Shown here piece after piece: positions 32,673-42,183 of a stretch of DNA of 64,000 nucleotides. Below the pieces are notes generated by a model. That model did no database searches, was not told where the DNA came from, and saw only the letters and a program-made list of their open reading frames with translations. The stretch covers positions 768 to 64,767 of the forward strand of contig PXRX01000001.1 of assembly GCA_003023195.1 (NCBI GenBank), in the 5' to 3' direction. Within the stretch, counting starts at the first letter, position 1. Each line of letters begins with the position of its first letter. The position numbers were made by a program, and so were the translations under genes. This DNA comes from Halobacteriales archaeon QS_8_69_26. Its GTDB lineage: Archaea; Halobacteriota; Halobacteria; Halobacteriales; SW-7-71-33.

Positions 32673-35600
32673 CGGCCGTCACCTCCTCCGGGGCGTCCGA
32701 CAGTTGGATCCCGGTCACCGCCGAGGTGTTGTCCTCGCCCATCGTGACGCCGATGGCCCGCTCGGAGCGGTCCAGCATCGCGGAGCGGTGGGAGACGACG
32801 ACGAACTGGGCCTCCTCGGAGAGGTCGTCGACCATCTCGCCCACGCGCTCGGCGTTGGCCGCGTCGAGGAAGGCGTCCACCTCGTCCAGCGCGTAGAACG
32901 GCGCCGGGTTGTACCGCTGGATGGCGAAGATGAACGCGAGCGCGGTCAGGGACTTCTCGCCGCCGGACATCGCCTCCAGGCGCTGGATCGGCTTGTCGCC
33001 GGGGCGGGCCTTCATGGTCAGGCCGCCCTCGAACGGGTCGTCCTCGTCCTCCAGGTGGAGGGTCCCGGTCCCGTTCGAGAGGCGGGCGAACACCCGCTCG
33101 AAGTGGTCGTTGATCCCCTCGAAGGCCTCCATGAACGTCTCCTTCTTCTTCGCCTCGTAGGCGTCGATGCGCTCGCGGATCTCCGACCGCTCGTCCTCCA
33201 GGGTGGCCTTCCCCTCTTCCAGTTCCTCCAGTTCGGCCTGCACCTCGTCGTACTCCTCGATGGCGAGCATGTTGACCGGTTCCAGGGCCTCCATCTCCGC
33301 CTCGATCCGACCGATCTCCGAGACCACCTCGTGGTGGTCGGGGACGTCCTCGGGGTCGTAGTCCCCGACCGCGTCCTCCAGTTCGTCTATCTCCCGCTCC
33401 AGGCGTTCGGCCCGCTCCCGTGCGTCCGCCATGTCGGACTCGACGCCGTTGACCGCTTCGCGCTTCTCGTCGCGGGCGCGCCGGGCGTCCTCCAGGTCCG
33501 CCCTGGCCTCCTCGCGCTCTTCTTTCAGGTCGGCGAGTTCGTCCTCTATCTCCTCGACGGCGGCCCGCTTCTCCGCCAGGACCTGTTCCTGGTCCTCGAT
33601 CTCGCCCTCGAGTTCCTCGATCCGGGCCTCCTTCTCTGCCTTGCGGTTCTGGGCGGATTCGACTTCCTCCTGGAGGTCCTCGATGGACTCCTCGGCGTAC
33701 TCGCGTTCGAGTTCGAGTTCGTTGCGCTCGGCCTCCAGGTCGTTCAGGCGCTCCTCCAGGTCCTCGATTTCGGCCTCGATGGCCTCGGCCTCCTCGGTCA
33801 ACTCGGGGATCTCCGACTCGGCGAGTTCGGCCTCTATCTCGTCGATCTCCTCCTCGAACTCGGCCATCTCCGCCTCGACGTCTTCGATCTCCTCGTCTAT
33901 CTCGCCCATCCGCTCGTCGATGTCCTCGCGCTCGGACCGGAGGTCGTCGAGTTCGTCGCCGTAGGCATCGATGTCGCCCTCCACCTCGGCGAGGGTCTCG
34001 CGGGTCCGGTCGAGTTCGGCCTCCAGTTCGTTGACCGCCTCCGTGGCGTCGGCCCGTCGCTCTCGGGCGTCGTCGATCCGGTCCTCCACGTCGGACAGGT
34101 CCTCGCGGAGGGACTGGCGCTCGTCCTCCAGGTCCTGGATGGTCTCGGCCAGCCGTTCCAGCTGACCCTTGCCGCTCTTGGAGAACGAGTAGCGCGATCC
34201 GCCGCCGGAGCCGCCGGTCATCGCACCGGTCTTCTCGACCAGGTCGCCCGCCAGGGTGACCAGCCGGTACCGGCCCATCAGGTCGCGGGCGGTCTCGATG
34301 TCCTCGACGACCAGGGTGTCGCCCAGCACGTAGGAGAACACGCCGGCGTACTCCTCGTCGAAGTCGACCAGGTTGTACGCGAAGTCGACCACGCCGGGGT
34401 AGTCCGGCGTGTCGGGCACACCCCGGTCGTCCATCTCCGTCAGCGGGAGGAACGTCGCGCGGCCGGCGTTGCGGGACTTGAGGAACTCGATGCACCCCTG
34501 GCCCACCTCGTCGTCGTCGACCACGACGTTCGCCATGCGGGACCCGGCGGCCGTCTCGCAGGCGGTGGCGTACTCGCCGTCGACGCCCCCTAACTGGGCC
34601 ACCGCGCCGTGGACGCCCTCCATCCCGGCGTTCAGCACCGTCGAGACGGCGCGGCCGAACGAGTCGTCGCCGTTCCGGTCGGCCTTGGCCTCCAGTTCGG
34701 CGTACTCGCGCTGCTTGGCGTCCAGCCGGTCCTCCAGGTCCTCCAGTTCCGCCGCAGTCTCGCGCTTCTCGGCCGTGAGGTCGTCGACGACCTCGGCGAT
34801 CTGTTCCCGGTTGGCCCGCGCCTTCGCGAGTTCGGCCTCCAGGTCCTCTATCTCGGCCTCCACCTCGGGTACCCGGTCGCGGGCCCGGTCGAGTTCGTGT
34901 TCGATGGACTCTATCTCCTGGGCCTGCCGGCGCGCCTCGTCGGTCAGGCGGTCCCGCTCGCGCCGGAGCTCGTTGCGCTCGTCCTTGCGCTCTTCCAGTT
35001 CTTCCTTCCGGTCCTGGAGCCGGGACGTGAGTTCGTCGAACTCCGTGTCGGCGGCCTCGATCCGTTCTTGCACCTCCGCGAGGTCGACCTTCCGGTCCTT
35101 GCTGTCGGCCTTCACCGACGAGGCCTCGACTTTCAGGTCGCGTATCTCCCCCTCCAGTTCCTCGACGGTTTCCTGCTTGTGGTCTATCTCGAAGTAGGCC
35201 TCACGGCGGCGTGTCTCGGCGTCCTCGATGGCCTCCTCGGCGGCCTCTATCTCCCCTTCGAGCCGGGATATCTCGCCCTTGACCGTCTCGATTTCGGACT
35301 TGATCCGGAGTTGCTCGTCCTCGCCCTTGTGCTCTATCTCGGCGTTCAGGTCCTCCAGGTCCTCCTGGAGGCGGACGACGCGGCCCTGTCGCTCGTCGAG
35401 TTCGGCCTGGAGGTCCGCCAGTTCGTCCCGGAGGTCCTCGGCCTCGGCCTCGGCGTCGGCCAGTTCCTCGCGCTTGTCCTCCAGTTCGGCGGCCTTCCGG
35501 TAGGACTCGTACTCCTCCTTGCGGTCCTGCAACTCGCGGTACTCCAGGGCCGTCTCTCGCTCGTCCTCCAGGCGGTCGAGGCGGTCGGTCTTCTCCTCGA

Positions 35601-36258
35601 TCCGGAGTTCGGCTTCCTCGATGCGGTCCAGGACGGTGTCCAGTTCCTCCAGGGCGTCGGCCTTCTTCTCGTCGAACTGGGCGACGCCGGCTATCTCGTC
35701 GATTATCTGCCGGCGCTCCCGGGCGGACATCGAGATGACGTCGGTGACGTCGCCCTGCATCACCACGTTGTACCCTTCCGGGGTGACGCCGGCGCCCGCG
35801 AGCAGGTCCTGGATGTCCGAGAGGTTGACCGAGCGACCGTTCAGGTAGTAGTAGGAGTAGTAGTCCTCCTCCGTCTCCTTGACGCGGCGCTTGACCGTTA
35901 TCTCGTCGGGGTCGCCGACGTCCTCGGTGCCGGCCGCGGCGACCAGTTCGCCGCGTTCGACGGCCCGGTCGGCGTTGTCGAGCACCACGGTCACGCTGGC
36001 TTCCCGCGGACCGGGGTCGGGCCCGCCGGCCGACTCGTCGTCCTCGTCGTGGCCGGGGTTGTAGATGAGGTCCGTGAGCTTCCGGGCGCGGATGCCGCGT
36101 GCCCGCGCCAGGCCGAGGGCGAACAGGACGCCGTCGATGATGTTCGACTTGCCGCTGCCGTTCGGGCCGCTGATGGTCGTGAAGTCCTCGTAGAGGGGGA
36201 TGCGGGTCTTGCCCCCGAAGCTCTTGAAGTCCTCGAGGACGAGTTCTGTGATGTGCAT
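32665..36258 (-). CDS. smc: Chromosome segregation protein SMC
   Basis: Start re-picked at ATG 36258 (MHITELVLEDFKSFGGKTRIPL..FTTISGPNGSGKSNIID). Long coiled coils, a hinge (..GVHGAVAQLGGVD..), the C-terminal signature LSGGEKSLTALAF and Walker B FYALDEVDAFLD are present. Confidence 0.95.
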   Translation of the reverse strand: MHITELVLEDFKSFGGKTRIPLYEDFTTISGPNGSGKSNIIDGVLFALGLARARGIRARKLTDLIYNPGHDEDDESAGGPDPGPREASVTVVLDNADRAVERGELVAAAGTEDVGDPDEITVKRRVKETEEDYYSYYYLNGRSVNLSDIQDLLAGAGVTPEGYNVVMQGDVTDVISMSARERRQIIDEIAGVAQFDEKKADALEELDTVLDRIEEAELRIEEKTDRLDRLEDERETALEYRELQDRKEEYESYRKAAELEDKREELADAEAEAEDLRDELADLQAELDERQGRVVRLQEDLEDLNAEIEHKGEDEQLRIKSEIETVKGEISRLEGEIEAAEEAIEDAETRRREAYFEIDHKQETVEELEGEIRDLKVEASSVKADSKDRKVDLAEVQERIEAADTEFDELTSRLQDRKEELEERKDERNELRRERDRLTDEARRQAQEIESIEHELDRARDRVPEVEAEIEDLEAELAKARANREQIAEVVDDLTAEKRETAAELEDLEDRLDAKQREYAELEAKADRNGDDSFGRAVSTVLNAGMEGVHGAVAQLGGVDGEYATACETAAGSRMANVVVDDDEVGQGCIEFLKSRNAGRATFLPLTEMDDRGVPDTPDYPGVVDFAYNLVDFDEEYAGVFSYVLGDTLVVEDIETARDLMGRYRLVTLAGDLVEKTGAMTGGSGGGSRYSFSKSGKGQLERLAETIQDLEDERQSLREDLSDVEDRIDDARERRADATEAVNELEAELDRTRETLAEVEGDIDAYGDELDDLRSEREDIDERMGEIDEEIEDVEAEMAEFEEEIDEIEAELAESEIPELTEEAEAIEAEIEDLEERLNDLEAERNELELEREYAEESIEDLQEEVESAQNRKAEKEARIEELEGEIEDQEQVLAEKRAAVEEIEDELADLKEEREEARADLEDARRARDEKREAVNGVESDMADARERAERLEREIDELEDAVGDYDPEDVPDHHEVVSEIGRIEAEMEALEPVNMLAIEEYDEVQAELEELEEGKATLEDERSEIRERIDAYEAKKKETFMEAFEGINDHFERVFARLSNGTGTLHLEDEDDPFEGGLTMKARPGDKPIQRLEAMSGGEKSLTALAFIFAIQRYNPAPFYALDEVDAFLDAANAERVGEMVDDLSEEAQFVVVSHRSAMLDRSERAIGVTMGEDNTSAVTGIQLSDAPEEVTADD

Positions 36259-36480
36259 GGGGGGATCGGGTCGTGTTTCGGGTCGATCCGGGGTGGGGTG
36301 GCGACGGTCGGTCCGCCGCCGGGGTGGTTCTCCGACGGTCCGCCGGACGGGTCGTCGTCGCGTCCAACGATCCGCCGTTCGGTCCGGGGTGGGTCGCCGT
36401 TTGCACCGATCCTGTGCGTGCAACGGTGTATGCTTTCCGTTCGACCGGGGCCCGATCCACCCGGGAACGGGTCCCCGGGA

Positions 36481-36822
36481 TCAGGCGACGATGATGTCGT
36501 CCTTCTCGCCGTCGTCGGCCTCCTCTTCTGTCGGGGTGCCCGACTCGCACTGCCGGTCGTCGCGGACCGGTTCGGATCCCTCGGCCCGGCCGTCGGGCTC
36601 CACCAGTTCGGCGTCGCCCTCGGCGGCGTCGCCCGTCTCCTCACGACGGGGTTCCGGCTCCTCCGTCGCGAAGCCGGTTCCGTCGGCCGGCTGGGGCTCC
36701 AGTTCCGCCTCCAGGTCGCGGATCCGTTCCTTGGCCTCGACCAGTTCCTCGGTCAGTCCCGCCACCGTCGATTCGAGTTCGGCGACGGTCGATTCGAGTT
36801 CCTCCACCCGGTTTCTGGGCAT
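36481..36822 (-). CDS. Acidic coiled-coil protein upstream of smc (hypothetical)
   Basis: Internal ATG at 36822 (MPRNRVEELESTVAELESTVAGLTEELVEAKERIRDLEAELE...). A heptad-like N-terminus is followed by a very acidic tail. The gene has the same orientation as smc-scpA and lies 222 nt upstream of smc. Confidence 0.55.
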   Translation of the reverse strand: MPRNRVEELESTVAELESTVAGLTEELVEAKERIRDLEAELEPQPADGTGFATEEPEPRREETGDAAEGDAELVEPDGRAEGSEPVRDDRQCESGTPTEEEADDGEKDDIIVA

Positions 36823-36946
36823 ACGCGCTAGGGGCGGTTCCGGCCCCATAAGCCTTCGTCAGACTTTCTAAAATCATTCGACACTATCTGGTGGGGGATC
36901 GGTCCGGGTGCGGAGGCACGTGCCAGCGGGCGGATCGCCCGCCTCT

Positions 36947-36972
36947 CGAAGTATTCTTCCTCCAATACTTCG
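36947..36972. promoter_or_regulatory. Perfect 9-bp inverted repeat CGAAGTATT-N8-AATACTTCG in a divergent promoter region
   Basis: Seen directly in the sequence. It lies between the coiled-coil/smc operon (minus strand) and the S9 peptidase gene (plus strand). Confidence 0.4.
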
Positions 36973-37182
36973 GTCGGGGATCCGCCGGTCCGACGTCGAC
37001 GGGGGCGCGGCGCGACACCGTTCGGGCGAGAATCGTGGCCGAGGGCGAGGGGACGGGTCCGGGGACGCTCCGGTCCCGTCCGTTCCCTCCTCTACACCGA
37101 ACGTCTCACGCCAGGACTTAATCGTTTTCTATTATAAGCCGTTCGACAGTATTTTGGTCGACCTGGCCCTTGGCTGGCGTCC

Positions 37183-39045
37183 ATGCCGGACACGGACACC
37201 GCCGAGGCGTTCGCGCGACTCCCGACGTTCGCGTTCCCGACCGTTTCGAGGGACGGGGGCGAGGTAGCACTCTACTACGACGGCACGGGCCGCCGGGAAC
37301 TGCACGTCGTCGACGTGGAAACGGGAACCCGGGAGCAGTGGTCGAACGGCGAGGTTCCACGGGACGGCAGTGCCGGCCTCAGGTGGGCGGCCGACGGCGA
37401 CCGGGTGTTCTTCCACGCCGACGAGGACGGCGACGAACGGTACGACGCGTACGCCATCGACCGCGAGGGGGTCGTCGAAACGGTTCTCGCGACGGAGGGA
37501 TCGGTCGGGGTACAGGACGTCGGCCCGGACGGGGACCGCCTGTTGCTGGGAATCACCAGCGACGGTCAGCCGAACCTCCACGCGTACGACCTCGACGGCG
37601 GGGAACTGACGCCGCTGACCGACTTCGACGGTCCCGGCGGTGGCGGCCGGTTCTCGCCCTCGGGCGACCGGATCTCTTACGGCGTGATCGACCCGGAGGA
37701 CTACCTCGGTCGGACGCTCTACGTCGCCGACGCCGACGGGTCGGACCCGCGGGCCCTGGACGTGGGCGAACCGGATTCGCGCTCGCGCGTCGCCGACTGG
37801 CACCCTGGAGGCGACCGGTTACTCGTCCGGGACGACGCCGGGGAGTACGTTCGCTCGGGGGTCTACGACCTCCGAACGGAGTCGGTGACCTGGTACGGCG
37901 ACGCCGAGTTCGCGGAACGACCCCGGTTCTTCCTCCCCGGCGGCGACCGGTTCGTCGCCGTCCGGATCCGGCCCGTGACGACCGTCCCGGTCGCGTACGA
38001 CCTCGAAACCGGCCAGGCCCGCGAGTTCGACGTCCCGGAGGGGGTCACGTGGTTCGGGCGCATCCCCTCCGGGAACTACGTCGTCAACGACGACCGCGTG
38101 CTCCTGACCCACACCGCCCCGAGGACCAGGCCGGAACTGTGGGTCTACGACCTGGCAGCGGACGACTACCGGGTCCTGGTCCCGGCCGACTACGGCCCCT
38201 TCTCGCCGTCGGACTTCGCCGACGTCGAGCACGTCCGCTTTCGCTCCGACGGCGTCCCCGAGACACCGGCCCGGGCCGTCGACCACGACCCCTCCGACGA
38301 GTACTGGATCGACGCCCTCCTGTGGGACTCGGGTGAACGCCCCTCCCCGCTGGTGGTCTACCCCCACGGCGGCCCCCGGGCACGGAACGCGAAGGAGTTC
38401 CACCAGTACACCCAGTTCCTCGCGCTCCTGGGCTACTCCGTGTTGCACGTCAACTACCGGGGATCGACCGGCCGGGGTCGCTCGTTCCACGAGGAACTGT
38501 ACGGCGACTGGGGCGGTGCCGAGGCGGGCGACGTCGCCACCGGACTGGAACACGTCCTGGCGGAGTACGACCGGATCGACGAAAACCGGGTCGCCGTCTT
38601 CGGGCGGTCCTACGGCGGCTACCTCGCCTACTGGCAGTTGCTCCAGTACCCGGACCTGTACGACGCCGGGGTCGCCGACCTCGCGGAGAGCGACCTGCCC
38701 GACATGCACGAGAACTCGGTGCTCACCGGGTGGGTCGAGAAGCACCTGGGCACCCCGGAGGGGAACCCCGACCTGTACGAGGAGCGCTCCCCGACCACCC
38801 ACGCCGACGACCTCGACGCGCCGCTGTTTATCCTCCACGGCGTCAACGACCCCAGGGTTCCGGTTTCGCAGGCGAGGCTGATGCGCGAGGCGCTGTCGGA
38901 CGCCGGGTACGAGGAGGGACCCGGCGGGGACGTCGAGTACCTCGAACTGGAAGGCGAGGGCCACGGGTCGGGCGACGTCGAGCGGACGGTCCGCCGGTTC
39001 GAACTCCTCCGGGACTTCCTCGGTCGTCGGATCGGAGCCGACTGA
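37183..39045 (+). CDS. S9 family (prolyl oligopeptidase/acylaminoacyl-peptidase type) serine peptidase
   Basis: 620 aa. An N-terminal beta-propeller-like region is followed by a C-terminal alpha/beta hydrolase domain. The nucleophile motif is FGRSYGGY, with Asp in HGVNDPRV and His in EGEGHG. Confidence 0.88.
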   Translation: MPDTDTAEAFARLPTFAFPTVSRDGGEVALYYDGTGRRELHVVDVETGTREQWSNGEVPRDGSAGLRWAADGDRVFFHADEDGDERYDAYAIDREGVVETVLATEGSVGVQDVGPDGDRLLLGITSDGQPNLHAYDLDGGELTPLTDFDGPGGGGRFSPSGDRISYGVIDPEDYLGRTLYVADADGSDPRALDVGEPDSRSRVADWHPGGDRLLVRDDAGEYVRSGVYDLRTESVTWYGDAEFAERPRFFLPGGDRFVAVRIRPVTTVPVAYDLETGQAREFDVPEGVTWFGRIPSGNYVVNDDRVLLTHTAPRTRPELWVYDLAADDYRVLVPADYGPFSPSDFADVEHVRFRSDGVPETPARAVDHDPSDEYWIDALLWDSGERPSPLVVYPHGGPRARNAKEFHQYTQFLALLGYSVLHVNYRGSTGRGRSFHEELYGDWGGAEAGDVATGLEHVLAEYDRIDENRVAVFGRSYGGYLAYWQLLQYPDLYDAGVADLAESDLPDMHENSVLTGWVEKHLGTPEGNPDLYEERSPTTHADDLDAPLFILHGVNDPRVPVSQARLMREALSDAGYEEGPGGDVEYLELEGEGHGSGDVERTVRRFELLRDFLGRRIGAD

Positions 39046-39092
39046 GTTCGGACCTGCCGCACTGATCCGGTCGCCGTCCCGGACGCATCCTT

Positions 39093-39114
39093 TTTACAGT
39101 AGCTTTACTGTAAA
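39093..39114. repeat. AT-rich palindromic element, copy 2 (TTTACAGTA-gctt-TACTGTAAA)
   Basis: Perfect 9+9 inverted repeat with a 4-nt spacer, located between two convergent gene ends. Confidence 0.8.
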
Positions 39115-39152
39115 CAACGCCAGCACCGGCTGTCGGGCCGTCGCCGGTGCCG

Positions 39153-39533
39153 TCACTGGAACGTGCTCGGCTCGCTCTCCGGGGGTACCGACTCGAGTCC
39201 CTCCCTTACCGCAGTCTGTTGCATACGGCGCGCCATCGCCTCCATCTCGTCCACGAGTTCGTCCGCGCGCCGTTCGAGCGGCGTCGTGTCGAACGCGACG
39301 TCGACCAGCGGTTCGATCCCACCGCTGACGAGTCCGCTTGCCGTCCGCGGGTCCGGCCGGTACGGTTCGGACCGGACCACCAGCGCGACCGCCGGCACCT
39401 CGGTCCGGACGCAGGCGGACACCGGTGCGCCCGCGGGGCCGCCGATGGCCCCGACCCCGGGTTCCGGTTCGACGCCGGCCTCGCGGAGCTCCGACTCCAG
39501 CGCGTCGGTCGTCGCGACGGCGGTCCGCGCCAC
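39153..39533 (-). CDS. Hypothetical protein resembling only the C-terminal half of PAC2/proteasome-assembly-chaperone-like proteins
   Basis: This is the C-terminal part of the 296-aa track ORF, and the putative GTG start at 39533 is the only plausible start before gatB. The translation ..AIGGPAGAPVSACVRTEVPAVALVVRSEPYRPDPRTASGLVSGGIEPLVDVAFDTTPLERRADELVDEMEAMARRMQQ.. looks genuinely coding. The family call is from memory and weak. Confidence 0.4.
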   Translation of the reverse strand: MARTAVATTDALESELREAGVEPEPGVGAIGGPAGAPVSACVRTEVPAVALVVRSEPYRPDPRTASGLVSGGIEPLVDVAFDTTPLERRADELVDEMEAMARRMQQTAVREGLESVPPESEPSTFQ

Positions 39534-39617
39534 TCCGGGCGTGAGCGATCCCCTCCGGCGCCGGGAGTCTCGGACGGTCCCGATAGTCTTTACTCCCGGC
39601 GTACCGAACCGCGGCCA

Positions 39618-41132
39618 ATGACCGCTCAGGCAGTCGCGGAGGACCTCGCCGTGGTGATCGGACTGGAGGTCCACGTGCAACTGGAGACCGACACGAAGAT
39701 CTTCTGTGGCTGTTCGACCGACGCGGCCGACGCCGACCCGAACACCCGGACCTGCCCCGTCTGTCTGGGTCTCCCGGGTGCCCTGCCGGTGCTCAACCGC
39801 GGGGCCGTCGAGGCCGCCGTCGAGGTGGGGAAGGCCATCGACGCCGACATCCCCGAGGAGACCAGGTTCCACCGGAAGAACTACTACTACCCCGACCTCC
39901 CGAAGAACTTCCAGATCACCCAGTACGACGCCCCGATCTGCCAGGACGGCGAACTGGAGGTCACCGTCGAGGGCGAGACGAGGACCGTGGGGATCACCAG
40001 GGCGCACCTGGAGGAGGACCCGGGGAGTCTCCTGCACGTCCACGAGGGCCGCCGTGACGTCGCCTCCCGGACCACGTCCATCGACCGCGCGGACTACACG
40101 CTGGTCGACTACAACCGCGCGGGGACGCCGCTGCTCGAAATCGTCACGGACCCGGACTTCCGGTCGCCGAGCGAGGTCCGGGCGTTCCTCTCGAAACTGG
40201 AGTCCGTCCTGGAGTACCTGGGCGTGTTCGACAGTTCACGGGACGGATCCCTCCGGGTCGACGCCAACCTCTCGGTGGTCGACGCCGACGAGGTGGGCGA
40301 GGACGGTGCGATCGACACGGACACCCTGGAGTCGGCCAACCGGACCGAGGTGAAGAACATCTCCAGCCACAAGGGGGCGGAGAAGGCCCTGGCCTACGAG
40401 GAGAGCCGCCAGAAGAACGCCATCGAGCGGGGCCGCGAGGTGGCCCAGGAGACCCGCCACTGGGACGAGTCCAAGGGCGTTACAGTCTCCATGCGCGCGA
40501 AGGAGGAGGAGAAGGACTACCGCTACTTCGAGGAGGCCGACCTCCCGCCCCTGCGCGTGTCCGACTGGAAGGAGCGCCTCTCCATCCCGGAGTTGCCCGA
40601 CGAACGCCGGGGGCGCTTCCGCGAGGAGTACGGCCTCGACCGGGAGGCCGCCTCGAAACTCACCGCGACGAAGGCCGTCGCGGACTTCTACGAGGCCGTC
40701 GCCGAGACGTTCGACCCCGGGATGGCGGCTACCTGGGTGGCCGACACCCTGCTGGGCGAACTCAACTACCGGGACGTGGAAGTCACGGACGTCGAGGACC
40801 GCCTCGACGAGTTCGAGCGCCTGATCGAACTCGTCGACGAGGACGAGATAACGGTGAAGAACGCCGAGGAGACGGTGCTCCGGACGATGCTCGACGAGGG
40901 CCTCGGCCCGGACGAGGTGGTCGAACGGGAGGGCCTGGGCAAGACCTCCGGCGACGAGGTGGCCGCCGCCGTCGAGGCCGCCATCGAGGACAACCCCGGT
41001 GCCGTCGAGGACTACCACGACGGCGAGGGGGATGCGATCAACTTCCTGGTCGGACAGGTGATGGCCGAGACCGGCGGGAGCGCGGACCCGGGAACGGTCA
41101 ACGAACTCCTGCGCGAGCGTCTGGACGACTGA
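39618..41132 (+). CDS. gatB: Asp-tRNA(Asn)/Glu-tRNA(Gln) amidotransferase subunit B
   Basis: Start re-picked at ATG 39618 (MTAQAVAEDLAVVIGLEVHVQLETDTKIFCGC...CPVCLGLPGALPVLN...). The C-terminus has a YqeY/GatB-like domain. Confidence 0.93.
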   Translation: MTAQAVAEDLAVVIGLEVHVQLETDTKIFCGCSTDAADADPNTRTCPVCLGLPGALPVLNRGAVEAAVEVGKAIDADIPEETRFHRKNYYYPDLPKNFQITQYDAPICQDGELEVTVEGETRTVGITRAHLEEDPGSLLHVHEGRRDVASRTTSIDRADYTLVDYNRAGTPLLEIVTDPDFRSPSEVRAFLSKLESVLEYLGVFDSSRDGSLRVDANLSVVDADEVGEDGAIDTDTLESANRTEVKNISSHKGAEKALAYEESRQKNAIERGREVAQETRHWDESKGVTVSMRAKEEEKDYRYFEEADLPPLRVSDWKERLSIPELPDERRGRFREEYGLDREAASKLTATKAVADFYEAVAETFDPGMAATWVADTLLGELNYRDVEVTDVEDRLDEFERLIELVDEDEITVKNAEETVLRTMLDEGLGPDEVVEREGLGKTSGDEVAAAVEAAIEDNPGAVEDYHDGEGDAINFLVGQVMAETGGSADPGTVNELLRERLDD

Positions 41133-41233
41133 TACCCCCGGTCTCCGGTGAGGGGCCGCGGTACGGGTCGGCACCTATTTGAATCGCCCGGCCACATGAT
41201 CTTTTACGTGCGGGGTGCTATGACACGGGTAGG

Positions 41234-41884
41234 ATGTCACACCCGTCGCCCTCCAGCACCGAACGCCCCGAGCGGGCGGACGCCGAAAGCGCGCACGCCG
41301 AGGCTCCGGAGGAAGGGGAACTCCGGACCCTCTGGCTCGACAGCGACGACACGGGCGATCTCATCTCCTCGCTCTCCTCGGAGACCGCCCGGTCGATCCT
41401 GGTGCGCCTGCACGAGGACCCCGCGACCGCCTCCGAAATAGCGGAGAGCGTCGACACGTCCGTCCAGAACGTCCGCCACCACCTCGACAGCCTCCAGGAG
41501 GCCGGCCTCGTGGAGGTTACCGATATGCGCTACTCGTCGAAGGGGCGGGAGATGGACGTCTACGCGCCCGTCGACCAGCCCCTCGTGGTGCTCGTCGGGA
41601 GCGAGGACGACGGCTCCGGGTTCGTCGACTCGCTCAAGCGGTTCCTCGGCGCCATCGGTGTCCTGGCCGCGGCCAGCCTGCTGATCCAGTACCTGGTCGT
41701 GCTCCAGTTCAACGCCGGGAGCGCGCCGGGGATCCCGCGGGTCGGGGAGGGAGCGGGTGCCGGCGGCCTCGCGCCGCTCGGGATGCCGCCGGGACTGCTG
41801 TTCTTCGCGGGCGGGATGCTCGTCCTGGCGATGGCCTCCGCGTGGACCTACTGGCGGAACCGCCCGGACGCCACGCCCGCCTGA
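41234..41884 (+). CDS. ArsR-type winged-helix regulator with two C-terminal transmembrane helices
   Basis: 216 aa. The wHTH reads ETARSILVRLHEDPATASEIAESVDTSVQNVRHHLDSLQEAGLVEV. Two hydrophobic helices follow (AIGVLAAASLLIQYLVVL and LLFFAGGMLVLAMASAW). Confidence 0.75.
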   Translation: MSHPSPSSTERPERADAESAHAEAPEEGELRTLWLDSDDTGDLISSLSSETARSILVRLHEDPATASEIAESVDTSVQNVRHHLDSLQEAGLVEVTDMRYSSKGREMDVYAPVDQPLVVLVGSEDDGSGFVDSLKRFLGAIGVLAAASLLIQYLVVLQFNAGSAPGIPRVGEGAGAGGLAPLGMPPGLLFFAGGMLVLAMASAWTYWRNRPDATPA

Positions 41885-42183
41885 GGTTTCCGGACCGCTT
41901 CGGGGATCCGGACCGGTCCGGCACTTCCCTTCTGGTCTTTTCGATGCCCACTACAGGTTCCCAAGCGTGCGGGGAGTCGTCCAGCGACTCGCAAGGAGTG
42001 ATCCGTCGGCGTCACTGGCGGATCCGGGGTGGTGAGCGATCCCCGATCCGTGGAGCCGGGTCCTCCCGGCTGGGCTCTCTCTTCGCCGTCCGGCGGGCCG
42101 ACCGGGACGAGAAAGTAGTTGTATCCATACGTTGGTATCACGTAACAAGCTTTTTCCTCTAGGGGAGTACAGAGACCAACGTA

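Noticed and set aside
32467-36831. Two long plus-strand ORFs (708 and 740 aa) across the smc region
   Set aside because: They are antisense to smc, whose minus-strand frame carries Walker A, hinge and signature motifs. The plus-strand translations are repetitive Leu/Val/Gly/Asp low-complexity sequence that mirrors the Glu/Leu-rich coiled coil.
39094-39618. 174-aa minus-strand ORF near gatB
   Set aside because: It is an Arg/Gly-rich alternative frame. The neighbouring minus-strand frame (39153-39533) gives the more protein-like sequence.
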